Origin: Nitrospirota bacterium
GTDB taxonomy: Bacteria; Nitrospirota; UBA9217
Direction of reading: 5' to 3'
Assembly: GCA_963751455.1 (NCBI GenBank)
Contig: CAVVUN010000015.1
Span: 1,280,001 to 1,344,000 of the forward strand
DNA: 64,000 nucleotides
In this document: positions 47,910 through 58,578 of the stretch, piece by piece
Layout: the number at the start of each line of letters is the position of its first letter
Numbering within the stretch: position 1 is the stretch's first letter
The notes under the pieces: generated by a model
The model's database searches: none
Told to the model about the DNA's origin: nothing
The model's input: the letters and a program-made list of their open reading frames with translations, nothing else
Made by a program: the position numbers and the translations under genes

Positions 47910-48890
47910 TTAAGGATGCGCCAGAAATATCGTGTACAGTTGCGTATAGGTCAGCACCGGAACCGGGCGGGGATCGTTATATTTCCATTCCTCTTGACTG
48001 TATTCAGGCAGGTAGTTAAGCCATTCGGCGGCTGGCGGCGACAAAATGAATGAAGCCTGCTGCACATTACCGAAGTAAGAATTTATCATGAGAGCATCAT
48101 ATGGATGACCGAACCAGATACGCAGAATTTGTCGATCATTGACATTGGTCGATGGATGGCTTGTTTCGGCTGCCTGCAGCCAGCTCGCATACCCGCTGTA
48201 ACCAAAACTGACAGCTTGCCATTGATCGTTCCTTCTTTCGACCTTCATCATGCACCGGTATTCGTTGTTCACTACTATAGGGAATGTCCATTCACTCCTA
48301 GAAATGGTTATCTGGCTGCTCTCTCCTGGATTATATATTGCGAAAACATGATATGGCGCGCCCAACTTCGCGGAAATAAGTTCGTCCTGATCCGCAAAGT
48401 GGCATGCTGCCGTTTCAGTCCCGACCTTAGCCATTTCTAGAAATGCGCTCAAACCGGACTGCGCGGCTTCCGTAATCTGGACGCTATATTCTGGATCCAC
48501 TGGTGTGCTGTCGATGGGTGGTTCAGTGCCTGACGACCCGCTCGTGAGGGTGAGCTGTATATTAAGAATGACTGTTGTTCCTTTGTAAATTGTAACAGTG
48601 TCCGTGTATGTGTTATACTCTGCTTTACTGGCTGTGATCGTTCTGCTACCCACTGTTAAGGTCTGTAACGTGAAAACCCCACTAATACCTGTAGTATTCG
48701 ACTTATCTCCAATCTGAACAGTTACTCCCAAAATAGCGTTACCGGTGGCCGAATCCGTAACTGTTCCTTCAACGTCGCCTACATCCGTTACAGTTACGCT
48801 TGTTCCGGAGGATATAGAATCACACCCGGCTATCATAAATACAATTGCCAGAGCAAATAAGGAATTAACAGTTGTGGGCTTATTAATCAT
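47910..48890 (-). CDS. Lipoprotein with carboxypeptidase-regulatory-like domain
   Basis: Lipobox IAGC; GTVTDSATGNAI.GVTV. Confidence 0.8.
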   Translation of the reverse strand: MINKPTTVNSLFALAIVFMIAGCDSISSGTSVTVTDVGDVEGTVTDSATGNAILGVTVQIGDKSNTTGISGVFTLQTLTVGSRTITASKAEYNTYTDTVTIYKGTTVILNIQLTLTSGSSGTEPPIDSTPVDPEYSVQITEAAQSGLSAFLEMAKVGTETAACHFADQDELISAKLGAPYHVFAIYNPGESSQITISRSEWTFPIVVNNEYRCMMKVERRNDQWQAVSFGYSGYASWLQAAETSHPSTNVNDRQILRIWFGHPYDALMINSYFGNVQQASFILSPPAAEWLNYLPEYSQEEWKYNDPRPVPVLTYTQLYTIFLAHP

Positions 48891-49130
48891 GATAAACTCT
48901 CTCTGAAGATGATTGTTAAAGTATAAGCGGGCCTATGTGTTAAGTTAAACAGCCGCTATCATACGCAGCATGGTATTGTCGTGAGTGAAAAATCTTCGGG
49001 GAGGATTTCGGCGAGGCGGGAAAACTTCTCATGTTGTTCTCCCGATAATGAGAGTACTATACTTTAACGAAAGGGGCAAGAGAAAATATGAGGTCTGTGG
49101 CAGAGACTCTTTCAACACGATGTTTGTTAA

Positions 49131-52100
49131 TTACCGCGGCACAACCTTTTTAAAATAACGCAGAGCATGTTTGAACACAGGCAGCATGTCATCCGCCTTC
49201 ATGCTTCCGGTGTGGCGGAAGTGTGAAATCAGAAGGCCTCTTAACCGTTCAACGTCCTCGCTTTTCTGAACCCGTTCTATTTTTACGTATAATGCATTGA
49301 TCCTCCTGTCGAGACGATCATCCGGGTCCAGCACATAAATCTCTCCGCCGGTCATGCCCGCTCCGATATTATAGCCTGCTTCGCCGAGCACGACGACAAT
49401 GCCTTTCGTCATATACTCGCAAAGATGCTGACCGGCCCCCTCGATGACCGCCACAGCGCCGCTGTTCCGGACCGCAAAACGTTCCCCGGCCATGCCGGCC
49501 GCATAGAATTCTCCGCCGATTGCTCCGTACAGCACGGTATTGCCGACTATCACGTGCTTATGGGGCTCATCCTCGATGTCCGACGGGACGATCGCAATTC
49601 TGCCTCCGAACATCCCCTTGCCGGCATAATCGTTCGCGTCGCCGTACAGCGTGAGCGACACGCCGCGGTGGTTGAAGGCGCCGAAGCTCTGGCCCGCGGT
49701 CCCCGTGAAGGTGAGCCGTATGGTATCGTCAGGGAGTCCGGCCTCTCCGTATTTCCTGGCGATCAGGTGGCTCAGTTTTATTGGAACGCTGCGGTCGATA
49801 TTTCTTATTTCGTACCGGCGGGTCATTGCCGTTCCGCGCTCGATCGCGGGCAGCAGGTCAGCGGCGAGCCGGTCGTTCATAGAGGGCAACGGGTTATCGT
49901 TGCGCTCGATTGTGCAGTATCTGGCCGCATGCTCCGGATACCTCCGCGTAAGAACCCCGAGCTTAATCCGGAACGAACCGGGCGCCTTCTCAGAAGGCGA
50001 GGGGACCAGCAGGTCGGGCCTGCCGATGAGCTCCGCCAGGCTTCTTACTCCCATTTCGGCCATGATTTCCCTTACCTCGCGCGCGAGCGCCGAGAAGTAG
50101 GACATGACGCCCTGCGTCGTGCCGCGAAAGCGCTTCCGGAGTTTTTCATCCTGGGTGGCGATTCCCGTGGGACAGGTATTCATATGGCATTGCCGCGCCA
50201 TTACGCAGCCGGCTGATATCATTGTCGCCGTTCCGAACCCGAACTCTTCGGCCCCGAGCAGCGCCGCGATAATAACGTCGCGGCCTGTCCTTAGCCCTCC
50301 GTCGACGCGCAGGCGCACGCGTTCGCGAAGCCCGTTCTCCATGAGAACGCGCGCTGTCTCCGCGAGCCCGAGCTCCCAGTGGCTGCCCGCATTCTTGATG
50401 GAAGTAACCGCGGCGGCGCCCGTGCCGCCCTCGCACCCGCTGATCTGCACGATGTCCCCGTACGCTTTCGCGACCCCTGCCGCCACTGTCCCGACTCCGG
50501 TTTCAGCGACCAGCTTGACGCAGACATGCGCTTTCGGGTTCGCCTGCTTGAGATCATGGATCAGCTGGGCCAGGTCCTCGATCGAGTAGATATCATGGTG
50601 GGGCGGGGGAGAGATGAGCGGGATGCCGGGCTTGCAGTGGCGCAGCCGTCCGATATACGGCGTGACCTTGATGCCGGGGAGATGGCCCCCTTCGCCGGGT
50701 TTCGCGCCCTGAGCGATCTTGATCTCGAGGTCCTCTGCAGAAGTGAGGTATGCGGGGGTGACCCCGAACCTGCCGGATGCGATCTGTTTGATTGCGCTGC
50801 CTTTGATGGTGAAGTACCGGGCCGGGTCTTCTCCGCCCTCTCCGCTGTTGCTCTTGATGCCGAGCCTGTTGCAGGCTTCCGCGATGGTCTCGTGGGCCTC
50901 CGGCGAGAGGGCGCCCACTGACATGGCGCCGGAAAAGAAGCGCTTCAGTATGACGGCCTCCGGCTCTACCTCCTCGACCGCGACGGGATTTTTCTTTTTA
51001 TAGTCGAATAGCTGCTTGATGGACGTCGGATACTCATCCGCGATCCGGGAAAAATCCTTGTACAGGGCGTAGTCTCCGTTTTTCATGAACGTGTTGAGCG
51101 CCTGCACCGCCTGCAGAGACCAGCCGTGCCGTTCCCCGCCTTTACGCTGCTTGAGCGCCCCCCCGTATTCGAGCGCAGGCGCCGGTTTTTCATAGGCCGC
51201 ACGGTGCCTGGCAAGGAGCGAGGCCTCTATTTCCGCGAGCCCGTCGGACTCGAGCTGCGCCGGCGTTCCCGTGAAGAACTCCTCGATGAAATCCCTGTTC
51301 AGGCAGATGCTGTCGAACAGGCGGGCGCCATGATACGAAGCTACTGTGGAGATGCCCATGCGGGCAATCACCTTGAGAATTCCGTCTTCCAGGGCCCGAA
51401 CGTACCGGCGGCAGGCTTCCGGATAGGCCAGTGTTACGGCCGCAGTCCTGCAGAGCTCTCCCACGGTCCGGAAGGCAAGCCATGGGTATACTGCCGAGGC
51501 GCCGTACCCGATAAGGCAGGCTGTCTGGTGCACGTCGCGCGCTTCGCCGGTTGCCGCGATAATGCTCGCGCGGTTCGAAAGCCTCCGGTCGATCAGTGTC
51601 TTGAAACAGGCCGACACCGCGAGCAGGCTGGGGATCGCGGCCTTGTTGGCAGAGACGTCCCTGTCGGAGAGGATTATTATTTCGGCGCCACGCGTAACGG
51701 CCTTTACGACATGTTCCTGCAGCGAGCGGACGGCATCGGCCAGGTCACTCTCAGTCCACAGGTACGTAATCGGAATCGTCTCCGTGATGAAGATCTGCTG
51801 GTGCTCGATTTCCTTCAACTGGCCTTGGGTAATGACCGGCGAACGAAGCCCCAGGCGCCGGGCGTGGTCCGGCGTCCGGGTCAGGAAATTCCGTTTGTAT
51901 CCGAGGTTCATTCGCAGCGACATGGCCATGCGTTCACGGATGGGATCGATCGCTGGATTGGTCACCTGCGAAAACCGCTGCTTGAAATAACGAAACAGCA
52001 GCTGCGGTTTCTCCGAGAGCGGGGGGAGCGGGGCATCGTCTCCCATGGAAAAGACGAGCTCGCTGCCTGTTGACGCCATTTCCCTCAGCTGCAGCGATAT

Positions 52101-53453
52101 CTCCTCGGAGGTATATCCGAAGGCCGTCTGGGTGCTGGTGATGCCGGCGTCCGCTTCAGGGTCCCGCTCCGGCCGCGGCGGCACCTCGAGACGATGCTTT
52201 TCGAGCCAGATCCGGTACGGCTTTCTCGACGCGAGATAGCGCACGATATCAGCCGTGGTCCGCACAACGCCGGTTTTCAGATGCACAGAGACGATTTCAC
52301 CGGGCCCGAGCCGTCCTTTTTCGCGAACGCGCCTTTGGCCGAGGTCGACCATGCCCGTTTCCGACCCGAGTATAAGAAGCCCATCTTTGGTCAGGATATA
52401 TCTGAGCGGCCTCAATCCGTTCCGGTCCAGGTGGGCGCCGATTATATCGCCGTCCGTGAAGACGACGGCAGCGGGCCCGTCCCAGGCCCGCATGAGCAGC
52501 GAGTGAAACTCGAAGAACGCCTGTTCGTCCGGCTCGAGCTCGGACTGCTCCCATATCGGCGGAATGCAGGTCATTACCGCGTGTTCCGGCGAGTAGCCTG
52601 AAAGAACGAGTAATTCCACGATGCGGTCGAGCGAGGCCGAGTCGCTTTCATCCGGATCGATCAGGGGCCTGAGGGTATCGGCCTGCTCTCCGAATATCTC
52701 ATGCTGTATTTCGTGCTCCAACGCAGCCATCGCGTTTCGGTTGCCCTGGAGCGTGTTTATTTCGCCGTTGTGCGCCAGCACGCGGAAGGGCTGCGCCAGG
52801 GTCCAATCGGGCGCTGTATTGGTCGAAAATCTTTCATGGAATATGCAGAAGGCGGATTCGAAGGATTCATCCGCGAGGTCGGGAAAGCATGAGGCGAGAT
52901 GACGGGCGGTAACCATTCCTTTATAAACCATGGTGCGCGATGAAAGGGAACACACGTATATGCTTCGGCCGAGCTGCTTTTCCAGAGCCCTTCTGACAAG
53001 GTACAGAAGGGGTTCTTTTCCGGCTTCGGCTATCCCGTCCGTGTCTATCAGCAGTTGTCTGATCCTCGGCCGCGACCTGAGCGCGAGGGAACCGAGAGCG
53101 TCTTCATTGACCGGCACATCCCTCCAGCCGACCGGCTCCACGTTGAATCTGGCGATTGTCCGTTCGATGTTGGTTTCAACGTTGTCATACAGGAAAACGA
53201 ACGCGGCAGCGAGGTTTCCGGGCTTGGGGACGGCATAGCCGAGGGTGGTCATCTGCCGTTCCAGAAATATGCGCGGAAGCTGTGTGAGTATCCCGGCGCC
53301 GTCCCCGCTTTTCCCGTCGGCACTGACCGCGCCCCGGTGTGTTAGATTAGCGGCCGCTTCAAGACCCATTGACACGATCTGATGGCTGGCCGTTCCCGTT
53401 GTATCGCAGACGAGGCCTACACCGCATGAGGCTGATGAGTTGAAGTAGGGCAT
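49131..53453 (-). CDS. gltB: Glutamate synthase large subunit
   Basis: CGVG N-terminus; HNGEINT; QIASGRFGV; GAKPGEGG; CVMARQCHMNTC; GERFAVRNSG. Confidence 0.97.
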   Translation of the reverse strand: MPYFNSSASCGVGLVCDTTGTASHQIVSMGLEAAANLTHRGAVSADGKSGDGAGILTQLPRIFLERQMTTLGYAVPKPGNLAAAFVFLYDNVETNIERTIARFNVEPVGWRDVPVNEDALGSLALRSRPRIRQLLIDTDGIAEAGKEPLLYLVRRALEKQLGRSIYVCSLSSRTMVYKGMVTARHLASCFPDLADESFESAFCIFHERFSTNTAPDWTLAQPFRVLAHNGEINTLQGNRNAMAALEHEIQHEIFGEQADTLRPLIDPDESDSASLDRIVELLVLSGYSPEHAVMTCIPPIWEQSELEPDEQAFFEFHSLLMRAWDGPAAVVFTDGDIIGAHLDRNGLRPLRYILTKDGLLILGSETGMVDLGQRRVREKGRLGPGEIVSVHLKTGVVRTTADIVRYLASRKPYRIWLEKHRLEVPPRPERDPEADAGITSTQTAFGYTSEEISLQLREMASTGSELVFSMGDDAPLPPLSEKPQLLFRYFKQRFSQVTNPAIDPIRERMAMSLRMNLGYKRNFLTRTPDHARRLGLRSPVITQGQLKEIEHQQIFITETIPITYLWTESDLADAVRSLQEHVVKAVTRGAEIIILSDRDVSANKAAIPSLLAVSACFKTLIDRRLSNRASIIAATGEARDVHQTACLIGYGASAVYPWLAFRTVGELCRTAAVTLAYPEACRRYVRALEDGILKVIARMGISTVASYHGARLFDSICLNRDFIEEFFTGTPAQLESDGLAEIEASLLARHRAAYEKPAPALEYGGALKQRKGGERHGWSLQAVQALNTFMKNGDYALYKDFSRIADEYPTSIKQLFDYKKKNPVAVEEVEPEAVILKRFFSGAMSVGALSPEAHETIAEACNRLGIKSNSGEGGEDPARYFTIKGSAIKQIASGRFGVTPAYLTSAEDLEIKIAQGAKPGEGGHLPGIKVTPYIGRLRHCKPGIPLISPPPHHDIYSIEDLAQLIHDLKQANPKAHVCVKLVAETGVGTVAAGVAKAYGDIVQISGCEGGTGAAAVTSIKNAGSHWELGLAETARVLMENGLRERVRLRVDGGLRTGRDVIIAALLGAEEFGFGTATMISAGCVMARQCHMNTCPTGIATQDEKLRKRFRGTTQGVMSYFSALAREVREIMAEMGVRSLAELIGRPDLLVPSPSEKAPGSFRIKLGVLTRRYPEHAARYCTIERNDNPLPSMNDRLAADLLPAIERGTAMTRRYEIRNIDRSVPIKLSHLIARKYGEAGLPDDTIRLTFTGTAGQSFGAFNHRGVSLTLYGDANDYAGKGMFGGRIAIVPSDIEDEPHKHVIVGNTVLYGAIGGEFYAAGMAGERFAVRNSGAVAVIEGAGQHLCEYMTKGIVVVLGEAGYNIGAGMTGGEIYVLDPDDRLDRRINALYVKIERVQKSEDVERLRGLLISHFRHTGSMKADDMLPVFKHALRYFKKVVPR

Positions 53454-53508
53454 GACACCTCGAAATTCATGGGGGATTCAAAAAAGCTAAACCTGAAGCT
53501 TAAATAGC

Positions 53509-53620
53509 TATCCGCAGATTTCGCAGATTTACGCAGATATATTTACTCGAGTCAAATCAATTAGCCGCGAAAGAACGCAAGGAACGCAGAGAATCTGTAA
53601 AATCTGCGCAATCTGCGGAT
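53509..53620. repeat. CGCAGAT/ATCTGCG short-tandem palindromic repeat (family also at 29531-29620, 36236-36320, 54588-54672, 58287-58566, 61484-61566)
   Basis: ATCCGCAGATTTCGCAGATTTACGCAGAT ... ATCTGCGCAATCTGCGGAT. Confidence 0.85.
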
Positions 53621-53625
53621 CACAA

Positions 53626-54540
53626 TCAGAATTCAAACAGCCGCTTATTGATGTCTATCGCGGCAACTGCGCCCTCACCGGCTGCTATGATTGCCTGGTC
53701 GTTCCCGGTGTTGAGCGGACCCACTATGTACAAGCCGTTCAGGGATGATTCATACGCCTGGTTTACCACGAACTTGAACCCCTTTACATCCCGCTGCAGG
53801 CCGAGGTCCTTCAGAAACTGATCGTTCAGTTTGTAACCGAAATTCGAAAACACCGCGTTGCACGGGATCACGGTCCCGTTCTTCATCTCGATTGCCTCGA
53901 TGGCGTCTCCGCCGGAGATCTTTCTTGGCTCGCCCTTGACCAGCCGGATGCCTTCGCCTCGCAGCTCTTCCTTATAATCATCGGGAGGGTCGTAGAAATA
54001 CAGAAGCAGGGTTATGTCCCGGGTATAGCGTTCCTTTATGAAAAAGGCGAGCCGAACCGATTCTATGGTATTGCCTATGATCACGAGCTTTTTGCCGATT
54101 GTCTTGTAACCGTCGCAGTCAACGCACGTAAAGAACGAGCTCCCCAGGTATGTGTGGATGTTCTGTATGGGCGGAAAATTATCCCGGACGCCGGAGGAAA
54201 CGATTACGAATTTTGACCGATGAAGCCTGTCATTGGCCGTAATCTGGAAATGCCCTTTTTTTGCAATGGAGGTGACCAGCCCATGCTCGATCCGTACATT
54301 AAAGCTTTTTGCCTGCTGCAGTCCGACTTCAACAAGTTGCCCGCCGGATATGGCTTTCTGCGTAAGGAAGTTTTCTATTGATCTGGCGTGCGCGGTCCTG
54401 CCTCCGCCGCGGTCGATCAGCAGAACCGAGCGGTTGAAACGTCCGAGGTATATGGCTGCCTGGAGGCCGCCCGGGCCCGCGCCTATGATTAAGCAGTCGT
54501 ACAGGACATCGTCTTGTGATTTCGGTTGGCTGTTTGTCAT
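53626..54540 (-). CDS. Thioredoxin-reductase-like FAD oxidoreductase
   Basis: IIGAGPGG FAD motif; CVDC; AAGEGAVAA. Confidence 0.88.
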   Translation of the reverse strand: MTNSQPKSQDDVLYDCLIIGAGPGGLQAAIYLGRFNRSVLLIDRGGGRTAHARSIENFLTQKAISGGQLVEVGLQQAKSFNVRIEHGLVTSIAKKGHFQITANDRLHRSKFVIVSSGVRDNFPPIQNIHTYLGSSFFTCVDCDGYKTIGKKLVIIGNTIESVRLAFFIKERYTRDITLLLYFYDPPDDYKEELRGEGIRLVKGEPRKISGGDAIEAIEMKNGTVIPCNAVFSNFGYKLNDQFLKDLGLQRDVKGFKFVVNQAYESSLNGLYIVGPLNTGNDQAIIAAGEGAVAAIDINKRLFEF

Positions 54541-54684
54541 CGGATTATTGGCATTATGGAAAAAATCTTAACGCTTGAACCGTTTTTTATCCGCAGATTA
54601 CACAGATTTCGCAGACACAACCAGACCCGAATCCAGGTTTTAAAATCTGCCGTCATCTGCGAAATCTGCGGGGAGAAGCGTTTT

Positions 54685-55296
54685 TCAGCTGTTCATCAGG
54701 AAAGCGCATAGCCTTCGCTCGAAATCGTCATATGTCGTGTAATGGATCGTATGCAGACCCGCGCTTTTTGCCCGTCCGACGTGGTCAATATTGTCGTCTA
54801 TGAAAAGCGCTTCCCCTGTTGTTATTCCGAGATGGCCGCACACCTCCGCGAATATGGATGGGTCACGTTTGCTTTTGTGATACGTGAACGAATTGAAGAC
54901 CCGGTCAAAATGCCTGAACAGCAGCATGGAGCGGTCAAGTTCCTCTAGCCAGTTCGTCTGGTCGCTCAACAGCGCGACCGTCAGCGCTCTGGACCTCAGT
55001 ATATCAGCATAGGCGATGAGCGCCGGCCTCGGAACGAACCGTTTTAGTATTTCATCCCGAAGTTCTCGGTCCGTGCCGGTAACTCCCGTGCGTGCTCTCA
55101 GCAACTTCCAGTACTCGGGCTCTTCGTTCATCCCGCTCAGATACCCGCTTTCGAAAATCAGTGAATCCGCGGTTGCGTAAAAACTGTCCGGATCGAGCCG
55201 GTTCTTTTCGGCGATCGCCTTCAGGCCTTCCCGGAACCCCTCTTCGGCCAGAACGCCGCCGAAATCAAAAAGAACTGCTTTTATTTTGTACGGCAT
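54685..55296 (-). CDS. HAD-family phosphatase
   Basis: LFDFGGVL; LSD; K; FIDD. Confidence 0.9.
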   Translation of the reverse strand: MPYKIKAVLFDFGGVLAEEGFREGLKAIAEKNRLDPDSFYATADSLIFESGYLSGMNEEPEYWKLLRARTGVTGTDRELRDEILKRFVPRPALIAYADILRSRALTVALLSDQTNWLEELDRSMLLFRHFDRVFNSFTYHKSKRDPSIFAEVCGHLGITTGEALFIDDNIDHVGRAKSAGLHTIHYTTYDDFERRLCAFLMNS

Positions 55297-55493
55297 CCAT
55301 CGCCCCCGATTCCCGTATTCGGCGGATAACTTCCTACATATAATTATAGCGGCTAATCTTGAGGCTCAGGACGACAAACGAACTAGGAAAGGAAGGTATT
55401 TTATTGGGGCGTTTCCGCGGTATGGGCAGAACAATATACGTTGTTTTTGGTTTTTCGGTTGTGGTAGAATGGGTCACGAAAAAAGGAGGACAG

Positions 55494-56156
55494 GTGAGAC
55501 GGCATTCCGAATTTGCGGTTGTATTGATTTTGGCTGTTGCCGCCCTTCTGGCAATGGGGGCGTCCCCGCGGATTACGCTTTCGCCCTACGCCGAGGCGGT
55601 TGCAAAGATTATCAAGTTCGATCGGAAGGTCATGATCATCATGAAGCAAGAGTCGGGGGCCACCATTCAGCGGCTCATCGGGTACGATGAAGATGATTAT
55701 CAGATAATCGCTGACGGCGTTTGCGTGGCCGTTCCTGATGACCGGACCGACATAATTCTGGACGTGCTGCGGAAAAAATTGACGCCTCTCAAGTACATGC
55801 CCTTTGTTGTCGAAATGAACGCAGGGATTAAGACGGACAAGATCGGGGTCCTCAAGGGGACCGACCAGTATGAAATATTGAGGATCATGCACACTGACGG
55901 CGAGGAGTATGACATTTCGAATGAGGATGTGATTGACCGGTTGAAGGAATGGGAAAAAATATCATCCTTCGACATAATCGGCGCGGATTATGACTGGGTA
56001 GAGATAGAGTTTAAAAAACTTCCCAAAGACTTGAAGGCGTTTTCCGAAGAGGTATATGATTTCTGCCCGGATGCCGTGGACCAGGGGCAGGGAACCCCTG
56101 CCGGGCTTGCAAAAGAGATCCAGCAGACAAAGAAGCTGTTTCTCTGGTGGGATTAA
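55494..56156 (+). CDS. DUF4253-like secreted protein
   Basis: GTG start after AGGAGG; FCPDAVDQG...LFLWWD C-terminus. Confidence 0.82.
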   Translation: MRRHSEFAVVLILAVAALLAMGASPRITLSPYAEAVAKIIKFDRKVMIIMKQESGATIQRLIGYDEDDYQIIADGVCVAVPDDRTDIILDVLRKKLTPLKYMPFVVEMNAGIKTDKIGVLKGTDQYEILRIMHTDGEEYDISNEDVIDRLKEWEKISSFDIIGADYDWVEIEFKKLPKDLKAFSEEVYDFCPDAVDQGQGTPAGLAKEIQQTKKLFLWWD

Positions 56157-56181
56157 GGATGCGGTAACGCGCGAAGATAAA

Positions 56182-56209
56182 AAACCAGGCGGCAGATGCC
56201 GCCTGGTTT
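56182..56209. terminator. Bidirectional rho-independent terminator
   Basis: AAACCAGGCGGCA g a TGCCGCCTGGTTT with A/T tracts on both sides, between convergent genes. Confidence 0.85.
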
Positions 56210-56280
56210 AATTTTTTATTGTTGCTTACAGGAAAACTTATTTCCGCTTTGTATAAAATGAATTAGCGGTATGGAAAAAA

Positions 56281-56478
56281 CTACTTTGTTGCCGTAGGTG
56301 CAGAAGCTGTATCTTCTTTTGCGGCTTTCTTTGCTTTCTTTGCCTTCTTTTTCTTCGCCTTCTTGGCCGGAGCAGCCTTCTCAGTCCCGGTCGGGGCTGT
56401 TGCCTGGTCCGCGGCAAACGCTACGCCGAGGGTCAATGCAAATATTGCTGCCGTGAAAAGAGCTATTAATTTCTTCAT
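56281..56478 (-). CDS. Small secreted Lys/Ala-rich protein
   Basis: Signal peptide ending AFA; KKAKKKKAKK; GGAGGTG RBS. Confidence 0.8.
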   Translation of the reverse strand: MKKLIALFTAAIFALTLGVAFAADQATAPTGTEKAAPAKKAKKKKAKKAKKAAKEDTASAPTATK

Positions 56479-56700
56479 TTTTGTTCACCTCCTTCCTGCT
56501 TTGGAATGACATCAAGTTAACAAATCTGCATCTTGATGTCAAGTTTCAAATGATGAGATCGATTATCCGAATCCGGGCAAGGCGTTGTGCCGGCGAGCGG
56601 TCCTCGGGAACCGGGAGATTTAAATAAAATGAGCAAAAACAGACATTTCCTTGACAAATAATTGCTGGTCGGTTAAAGTACCGCGCTAGGGGGGTGTTCC

Positions 56701-57099
56701 ATGAATCGTTATCCCATTCTGATTATAGCTGTTTTGTTTGCCGCCTTGATTACAGGGGCATGCTCAAAAGGATATGAATCGCAAAAAACAGTAAATGATC
56801 TCAGAATAACTCTTTCGGTCGACCGCTATCCGCTTGTGAAAGGCGACAATGTACTGAAAATAAAGACAGCGGACGCCTCGGGGAAGGCCTTCACTGATGC
56901 GGTCATCAGCGCACGCTACTATATGCCTCCGATGGCGGGCATGGCGCCCATGGATTTCAATACTCAGGCAATCCTTCAGGGCGACCACTATGCGTTCTCT
57001 GCAGATATCCCTATGGAAGGCGGATGGAAAGTTGAAGTGTCGATTGCCCGGGCGGGGAACGCCTCATCGCCGGTCACCTTCAATCTTGATGCACGATAG
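56701..57099 (+). CDS. YtkA/FixH-family lipoprotein
   Basis: Lipobox TGAC; MPPMAGMAPM; MEGGW. Confidence 0.82.
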   Translation: MNRYPILIIAVLFAALITGACSKGYESQKTVNDLRITLSVDRYPLVKGDNVLKIKTADASGKAFTDAVISARYYMPPMAGMAPMDFNTQAILQGDHYAFSADIPMEGGWKVEVSIARAGNASSPVTFNLDAR

Positions 57100-57165
57100 T
57101 GGGCAGGAGCCTTTTCTATCGATCTGCGCAGGGATTGCAAATTCGATAGGGTATGCATATAGACC

Positions 57166-58272
57166 ATGAAGACATACCGGTTCAGCGGCTTTAAAGGCAT
57201 CAGGGCGGTCATTTTGGCCGGCCTTTTGACGCTTGTTACGTTTATTCATTACCTCGCAGGCGGCGCGCAGGCGGGCATGCTGCACAGCCTTCTCGGTCAT
57301 CTGTATATCGTGCCCATCATTATGGGCGCATACTGGTACGGAATCAAGGGAGGAGTCAGCGTTTCCATAGCTTCCACAGCGCTGTTCTCGCCGCATCTGT
57401 TTCTGCACTGGCATGATCCTTTTTTAGACGTATACAACTACATTGAAATTTTCCTTTTTCTGCTGCTTGGCGGTGTTACCGGCGTTTTGAGCCAGATGGA
57501 GCGGAATCAACGGCTGCGCCATGAGGATGCGCTTGTAAAGCTCGATGAGTCGCATAGAAAATTAAAAGAGCAGACGGATATCCTGTTCCAGACCGAGGAG
57601 CAGCTGAGGAGGGCGGACCGGCTGTCCGCGCTGGGCGAGCTTTCCGCCGGTATGGCGCATGAAATACGGAACCCGCTTGGATCGATCAAAGGCGCGGTCG
57701 AAATTTTAAAGGACGATTATTCGCCTGACGAGGCGAAGTACGAGTTCATACAGATTCTCCTGAAGGAAACGGACCGCTTGAATAACATCCTGCAGGAATT
57801 CCTCAGTTTTGCCAAGCCGAAGCAGCCGGAGCTTCAACGCGCTGATTTGAATGATTCGGTCGAGTCAGTGCTTACCTTGACGACGCAGCAGGCGAGGAAG
57901 GCGGGTGTCCGGGTTGAAAAAAAGCTCGATCCCGCAATCGGCGAGCAAAGCCTTGACGCGGGCCTGCTCAAGCAGGCCTTGCTGAACCTGATCTTGAACG
58001 CGATACAGGCCATGCCGGGCGGCGGTGTTTTGTCCGTTGAAACGCGCCGGCAGGCAGGTGCAGTAGAGATCAGGGTCGCGGACACCGGGACGGGCATACC
58101 AGAAGAAAACCGGAAAAAGCTTTTCAGCCCTTTTTTCACGACCAGAAAGAACGGCACCGGCCTGGGCCTCGCCATTACGTACCGGATAATCGAGAACCAT
58201 CACGGCAAGATAGACGTTGCCAGCGAGCCGGGAAAAGGCACTACGTTCACGATTACGATACCGATTCAATAA
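57166..58272 (+). CDS. NtrB-like membrane histidine kinase
   Basis: MAHEIRNPL; GTGLGL; His-rich TM region. Confidence 0.92.
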   Translation: MKTYRFSGFKGIRAVILAGLLTLVTFIHYLAGGAQAGMLHSLLGHLYIVPIIMGAYWYGIKGGVSVSIASTALFSPHLFLHWHDPFLDVYNYIEIFLFLLLGGVTGVLSQMERNQRLRHEDALVKLDESHRKLKEQTDILFQTEEQLRRADRLSALGELSAGMAHEIRNPLGSIKGAVEILKDDYSPDEAKYEFIQILLKETDRLNNILQEFLSFAKPKQPELQRADLNDSVESVLTLTTQQARKAGVRVEKKLDPAIGEQSLDAGLLKQALLNLILNAIQAMPGGGVLSVETRRQAGAVEIRVADTGTGIPEENRKKLFSPFFTTRKNGTGLGLAITYRIIENHHGKIDVASEPGKGTTFTITIPIQ

Positions 58273-58286
58273 AAGAGGAAACCTCT

Positions 58287-58566
58287 ATCCGCAGATTACA
58301 CAGATAGACGCAGATTTAAAAGATTTAAGTTTGATGCATTCGTAAGAAGTCAGAAAACACCCGATTTCGTCATACCGGCGAACGCCGGTATCCAGTCTTT
58401 TCAATAAGTTCGATAACCACTGGACCCCGGTTTTCACCGGGGAGACGACTTTTTACGAGATCTTTAAGTTTTTCCAAGATATAATCTCTGAATAATAGAT
58501 TACCTCAGAAGAAATGAAACCGGAGTTCTAGTCTATGTCTCTGCGAAATCTGCGCAATCTGCGGAT
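58287..58566. repeat. Three-layer nested palindrome inside a two-component operon
   Basis: Outer ATCCGCAGAT/ATCTGCGGAT; middle TCGTAAGAAGTC/GACTTTTTACGA; inner CGTCATACCGGCGAACGCCGGTATCCAG / CTGGACCCCGGTTTTCACCGGGGAGACG. Confidence 0.8.
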
Positions 58567-58578
58567 TGAGAACTTGAC

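Noticed and set aside
53509-53620. CGCAGAT repeats as CRISPR or riboswitch
   Set aside because: Short 9-bp tandem units in inverted pairs, dispersed in many intergenic regions, with no repeat-spacer structure
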